In this document: piece after piece, positions 57,672-64,000 of the stretch | Layout of the letters: each line of letters opens with the position of its first letter | How positions within the stretch are numbered: position 1 is the stretch's first letter | Source of the DNA: Chrysomallon squamiferum | Taxonomy: Eukaryota; Animalia; Mollusca | Assembly (NCBI GenBank): GCA_012295275.1 | Contig: CM022672.1 | Location: forward strand, 1-64,000 | Reading direction: 5' to 3' | Length of the DNA stretch: 64,000 nucleotides | The notes under the pieces: model-generated | Databases searched by the model: none | What the model was told of the DNA's origin: nothing | The model's input: only the letters and a program-made list of their open reading frames with translations | Made by a program: the position numbers and the translations under genes

Positions 57672-57845
57672 TAACCCTAACCCTAACCCTAACGCTAAAC
57701 CCTCAATAACAAAAAGTAAATAATAATACCTGACACATTTATTTCTATATCTTTGTAATTCACTTGTTTACATTTTAAACACAAATTAAATACAAAAATA
57801 AACGAAGTGAAAATTCATAATAAAAAATATCTTTGTAATTCACCT

Positions 57846-60800
57846 ATTTCGACGAGTGCAAAACGTGGGGCCGTCGGGGTGCCGCAAAAACGCCCAACAT
57901 TTACCAAAGGTGGAACAACTCGTTTCCGACAAATTTTGGAAACGTGCAAAAATTTTGAAAAACATGTTTTTGAAAATTTGCTCGATTTTTTCAAACGCAT
58001 TTAAGTGCCGCCGCCGCCGCCCAAGGGGAACAACTCGTTTCCGACACGTGCACAAAAAACGCACATATTTTTGAAAATTTGCTCGTTTTTTTTTCAAACG
58101 CATTTTCTAAAGGTGCAGCACCTTTGGAAAATGTTGGAAACGATTTTGCCACACTCGCCCCGACGGCGCGCACCTTTTGCACACGTTGAAATATTTTTCC
58201 CGACAGGACGGAATAGTGCCACACGGATTTTCAACTTTTGAAAATCGAATTTTTTCAAGTTTCGTTGAAAATGCTAGGGGTACCTTATTCAAAGTGCAAT
58301 AACTTTTTCTGTGCACGTGGGAAAAATCGGGCGCACATACCCAAAAGTGGGGCAAGGGTTGCCCTACACGGGTGAAAAGTGCCGCACGCCGCACCCAAGG
58401 GGAACAACTCGTTTCCGACACGTGCACAAAAAACGCACATGTTTTTGAAAATTTGCTCGTTTTTTTTTCAAACGCATTTTCTAAAGGTGCAGCACCTTTG
58501 GAAAATGTTGGAAACCATTTTGCCACACTCGCCCCGACGGCGCGCACCTTTTGCACACGTTGAAATATTTTTCCCGACAGGACGGAATAGTGCCACACGG
58601 ATTTTCAACTTTTGAAAATCGAATTTTTTCAAGTTTCGTTGAAAATGCTAGGGGTACCTTATTCAAAGTGCAATAACTTTTTTTGTGTGCGTGGGAAAAT
58701 CGGGGGCGCACATACCAAAAAAGTGGGGCAAGGGTTGCCCTACACGGGTGAAAAAAGTGCCGCCGCCGCCAAAGGGGAACAACTCGTTTCCGACACGTGC
58801 ACAAAAACGCACATGTTTTTGAAAATTTGCTCGTTTTTTTTTTTTTCAAACGCATTTTCTAAAAGGTGCAGCACCTTTGGAAAATGTTGAAACCATTTTC
58901 ATTTTGCCCACCTCGCCCCGACGGCGCGCACCTTTTGCACACGTTGAAATATTTTTCCCGACAGGACGGAATAGTGCCACACGGATTTTCAACTTTTGAA
59001 AATCGAATTTTTTCAAGTTTCGTTGAAAATGCTAGGGGTACCTTATTCAAAGTGCAATAACTTTTTCTGTGCGCGTGGGAAAAATCGGGCGCACATACCC
59101 AAAAGTGGGGCAAGGGTTGCCCTACACGGGTGAAAAGTGCCGCACGCCGCACCCAAGGGGAACAACTCGTTTCCGACACGTGCACAAAAAACGCACATAT
59201 TTTTGAAAATTTGCTCGTTTTTTTTTCAAACGCATTTTCTAAAGGTGCAGCACCTTTGGAAAATGTTTGGCTCATTTTTTGCCCACCTCGCCCCGACGGC
59301 GCGCACCTTTTGCACACGTTGAAATTTTTTTTCCCGACAGGACGGAATAGTGCCACACGGATTTTCAACTTTTTTGAAAATCGAATTTTTCAAGTTTCGT
59401 TGAAAATGCTAGGGGGGTACCTTATTCAAAGTGCAATAACTTTTTCTGTGCACGTGGGAAAAATAGGGCGCACATACCCAAAAGTGGGGCAAGGGTTGCC
59501 CTACACGGGTGAAAAAAGTGCCGCCGCCGCACCCAAAGGGGAACAACTCGTTTCCGACACGTGCAAAAAACGCACATGTTTTTGAAAATTTGCTCGTTTT
59601 TTTTTCAAACGCATTTTCTAAAGGTGCAGCACCTTTGGAAAATGTTGGAAACCATTTTGCCACACTCGCCCCGACGGCGCGCACCTTTTGCACACGTTGA
59701 AATATTTTTCCCGACAGGACGGAATAGTGCCACACGGATTTTCAACTTTTGAAAATCGAATTTTTTCAAGTTTCGTTGAAAATGCTAGGGGTACCTTATT
59801 CAAAGTGCAATAACTTTTTCTGTGCGCGTGGGAAAAATAGGGGGGCACATATACCAAAAAGTGGGGCAAGGGTTGCCCTACACGGGTGAAAAGTGCCGCA
59901 CGCCGCACCCAAGGGGAACAACTCGTTTCCGACACGTGCACAAAAAACGCACATGTTTTTGAAAATTTGCTCGTTTTTTTTTTCAAACGCATTTTCTAAA
60001 GGTGCAGCACCTTTGGAAAATGTTGGCTCATTTTGCCCACTCGCCCCGACGGCGCGCACCTTTTGCACACGTTGAAATATTTTTCCCGACAGGACGGAAT
60101 AGTGCCACACGGATTTTCAACTTTTGAAAATCGAATTTTTTCAAGTTTCGTTGAAAATGCTAGGGGTACCTTATTCAAAGTGCAATAACTTTTTCTGTGC
60201 ACGTGGGAAAAATAGGGCGCACATACCCAAAAGTGGGGCAAGGGTTGCCCTACACGGGTGAAAAGTGCCGCACGCCGCACCCAAGGGGAACAACTCGTTT
60301 CCGACACGTGCAAAAAAAACGCACATGTTTTTGAAAATTTGCTCGTTTTTTTTTCAAACGCATTTTCTAAAGGTGCAGCACCTTTGGAAAATGTTGGAAA
60401 CCATTTTGCCACACTCGCCCCGACGGCGCGCACCTTTTGCACACGTTGAAATATTTTTCCCGACAGGACGGAATAGTGCCACACGGATTTTCAACTTTTG
60501 AAAATCGAATTTTTTCAAGTTTCGTTGAAAATGCTAGGGGTACCTTATTCAAAGTGCAATTTTTTTTTTCTGTGTGCGTGGAAAAAAATCGGGGCACGCA
60601 CATAAAAAAAAGTGGGGCAAGGGGTTGCCCACGGGTGAAAAAAGTGCCGCACGCCGCCAAAGGGGAACAACTCGTTTCCGACACGTGCACAAAAAACGCA
60701 CATATTTTTGAAAATTTGCTCGTTTTTTTTTCAAACGCATTTTCTAAAGGTGCAGCACCTTTGGAAAATGTTGGAAACGATTTTGCCACACTCGCCCCGA

Positions 60801-63800
60801 CGGCGCGCACCTTTTGCACACGTTGAAATATTTTTCCCGACAGGACGGAATAGTGCCACACGGATTTTCAACTTTTGAAAATCGAATTTTTTCAAGTTTC
60901 GTTGAAAATGCTAGGGGTACCTTATTCAAAGTGCAATAACTTTTTCTGTGCGCGTGGGAAAAATAGGGCGCACATACCCAAAAGTGGGGCAAGGGTTGCC
61001 CTACACGGGTGAAAAGTGCCGCACGCCGCACCCAAGGGGAACAACTCGTTTCCGACACGTGCACAAAAAACGCACATGTTTTTGAAAATTTGCTCGTTTT
61101 TTTTTCAAACGCATTTTCTAAAGGTGCAGCACCTTTGGAAAATGTTGGAAACCATTTTGCCACACTCGCCCCGACGGCGCGCACCTTTTGCACACGTTGA
61201 AATATTTTTCCCGACAGGACGGAATAGTGCCACACGGATTTTCAACTTTTGAAAATCGAATTTTTTCAAGTTTCGTTGAAAATGCTAGGGGTACCTTATT
61301 CAAAGTGCAATAACTTTTTCTGTGCACGTGGGAAAAATAGGGCGCACATACCCAAAAGTGGGGCAAGGGTTGCCCTACACGGGTGAAAAGTGCCGCACGC
61401 CGCACCCAAGGGGAACAACTCGTTTCCGACACGTGCACAAAAAACGCACATGTTTTTGAAAATTTGCTCGTTTTTTTTTCAAACGCATTTTCTAAAGGTG
61501 CAGCACCTTTGGAAAATGTTGGAAACCATTTTGCCACACTCGCCCCGACGGCGCGCACCTTTTGCACACGTTGAAATATTTTTCCCGACAGGACGGAATA
61601 GTGCCACACGGATTTTCAACTTTTGAAAATCATTTTTTTTTTTCAAGTTTCGTTGAAAATGCTAGGGGTACCTTATTCAAAGTGCAATAACTTTTTCTGT
61701 GCGCGTGGGAAAAATCGGGCGCACATAAAAAAAAAGTGGGGCAAGGGTTGCCCTACACGGGTGAAAAGTGCCGCACGCCGCACCCAAGGGGAACAACTCG
61801 TTTCCGACACGTGCACAAAAAACGCACATGTTTTTGAAAATTTGCTCGTTTTTTTTTCAAACGCATTTTCTAAAGGTGCAGCACCTTTGGAAAATGTTGG
61901 AGGCTCATTTTGCCACCTCGCCCCTCGCCCCGACGGCGCGCACCTTTTGCACGTTGAAATATTTTTCCCGACAGGACGGACGGAATAGTGCCACACACGG
62001 ATTTTCAACTTTTGAAAATCGAATTTTTCAAGTTTCGTTGAAAATGCTAGGGGTACCTTATTCAAAGTGCAATTTTTTTTTCTGTGCGTGGGAAAAAGGG
62101 GCGCACATACCCAAAAAAAGTGGGGCAAGGGTTGCCCTACACGGGTGAAAAAAGTGCCGCACGCCGCACCAAAGGGGAACAACTCGTTTCCGACACGTGC
62201 AAAAAACGCACAGTTTTTGAAAAAATTTGCTCTTTTTTTTTTCAAACGCATTTTCTAAAGGTGCAGCACCTTTGGAAAATGTTGGAGGCTCATTTTTTTG
62301 CCACCTCGCCCCGACGGCGCGCACCTTTTGCACACGTTGAAATATTTTTCCCGACAGGACGGAATAGTGCCACACGGATTTTCAACTTTTTTTTGAAAAT
62401 TTTTTTTTTTCAAGTTTCGTTGAAAATGCTAGGGGTACCTTATTCAAAGTGCAATAACTTTTTTCTGTGTGCGTGGGAAAAATCGGGCGCACATACCAAA
62501 AAAAAGTGGGGCAAGGGTGCCCCCTACACGGTGAAAAAAGTGCCGCACGCCGCACGCAAAGGGGAACAACTCGTTTCCGACACGTGTGCAAAAAAACGCA
62601 CATGTTTTTGAAAATTTGCTTTTTTTTTTTCAAACGCATTTTCTAAAGGTGCAGCACCTTTGGAAAATGTTGGAAACATTTTGCCACCTCGCCCCGACGG
62701 CGCGCACCTTTTGCACACACGTTGAAATATTTTTTCCCGACAGGACGGAATAGTGCCCACGGATTTTCAACTTTTGAAAATCATTTTTTTTTCAAGTTTC
62801 GTTGAAAATGCTAGGGGTACCTTATTCAAAGTGCAATAACTTTTTTTTCTGTGCGTGGGAAAAATCGGGCGGCGCATAAAAAAAAAGTGGGGCAAGGGTT
62901 GCCCTACACGGGTGAAAAGTGCCGCCGCCGCCGCAAAGGGGAACAACTCGTTTCCGACACGTGCACAAAAAACGCACATGTTTTTGAAAATTTGCTCGTT
63001 TTTTTTTCAAACGCATTTTCTAAAGGTGCAGCACCTTTGGAAAATGTTGGAAACCATTTTGCCACACTCGCCCCGACGGCGCGCACCTTTTGCACACGTT
63101 GAAATATTTTTCCCGACAGGACGGAATAGTGCCACACGGATTTTCAACTTTTGAAAATCGAATTTTTTCAAGTTTCGTTGAAAATGCTAGGGGTACCTTA
63201 TTCAAAGTGCAATAACTTTTTCTGTGCGCGTGGGAAAAATAGGGCGCACATACCCAAAAGTGGGGCAAGGGTTGCCCTACACGGGTGAAAAGTGCCGCAC
63301 GCCGCACCGAAGGGGAACAACTCGTTTCCGACACGTGCACAAAAAACGCACATGTTTTTGAAAATTTGCTCGTTTTTTTTTCAAACGCATTTTCTAAAGG
63401 TGCAGCACCTTTGGAAAATGTTGGGCTCATTTTGCCACCTCGCCCCGACGGCGCGCACCTTTTGCACACGTTGAAATATTTTTTTTTCCCGACAGGACGG
63501 AATAGTGCCACACGGATTTTCAACTTTTGAAAATCGAATTTTTTCAAGTTTCGTTGAAAATGCTAGGGGTACCTTATTCAAAGTGCAATAACTTTTTCTG
63601 TGCACGTGGGAAAAATCGGGCGCACATACCCAAAAGTGGGGCAAGGGTTGCCCTACACGGGTGAAAAGTGCCGCACGCCGCACCCAAGGGGAACAACTCG
63701 TTTCCGACACGTGCAAAAAAACGCACATGTTTTTGAAAAAATTTGCTTTTTTTTTTTTCAAACGCATTTTCTAAAGGTGCAGCACCTTTGGAAAATGTTG

Positions 63801-64000
63801 AGGCTCATTTTGCCACACTCGCCCCGACGGCGCGCACCTTTTTGCACACGTTGAAATATTTTTTCCCGACAGGACGGAATAGTGCCACACGGATTTTCAA
63901 CTTTTGAAAATCGAATTTTTTCAAGTTTCGTTGAAAATGCTAGGGGTACCTTATTCAAAGTGCAATAACTTTTTCTGTGCGCGTGGGAAAAATCGGGCGC
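57846..64000. repeat. 374-bp CpG-rich satellite, ~16 copies, running off the window
   Basis: Identical spurious ORFs recur at a 374-bp offset (61009/61383, 61016/61390); much higher GC and CpG than the flanks; several internal palindromes. Confidence 0.95.

Larger units (their letters stand above)
49231..57845. repeat. Subtelomeric tandem array P: 7 units of ~1.29-1.31 kb (PHR gene fragment + 2-3 CCCTAA + block B)
   Basis: ORF stops recur at 49316, 50624, 51932, 53237, 54533, 55824, 57116; each fragment abuts ctaaccctaa...cgctaaaccctc and block B. Confidence 0.95.

Noticed and set aside
58260-58276. CENP-B box-like TTTCGTTGAAAATGCTA in the satellite
   Set aside because: Has TTCG and the central A but lacks the required CGGG.
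57807-63958. Dozens of overlapping ORFs in all frames
   Set aside because: Products of a stop-poor 374-bp satellite; frames shift with homopolymer length and no domain is recognisable.
39361-64000. CRISPR-like repeat-spacer array
   Set aside because: Eukaryotic context; intervening segments are near-identical kb-scale units, not unique spacers; no cas genes.

Overview
AT-rich animal genomic DNA (TTAGGG telomeres, GT-AG spliced genes; the gelsolin type suggests an invertebrate such as a lophotrochozoan) made of two blocks joined by a 200-N gap (27868-28067). Left block: a complete 13-coding-exon, 366-aa three-domain gelsolin-like gene (minus, 20976-27353), a small spliced minus-strand gene of unknown function with a paralogous 5' end, a decayed Tc1 transposase, a TA-flanked MITE, a PHD-finger remnant and a mosaic of local duplications. 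Right block looks like a chromosome's left end. It has an ~11.3 kb telomeric tract read as (CCCCAA)n, (TTTTAA)n and then (CCCTAA)n; the first two are probably base-calling or consensus artefacts. Next come 7 copies of a ~1.44 kb unit separated by telomeric tracts, then 7 copies of a ~1.30 kb unit carrying a telomere-fused BTB-BACK-PHR gene fragment, then a 374-bp CpG-rich, palindrome-rich satellite. The most interesting structure is the telomere-repeat-punctuated subtelomeric array with a captured PHR gene fragment. The internal position of the telomere is most simply a scaffolding mis-join. All calls are from manual reading; no database searches were run.
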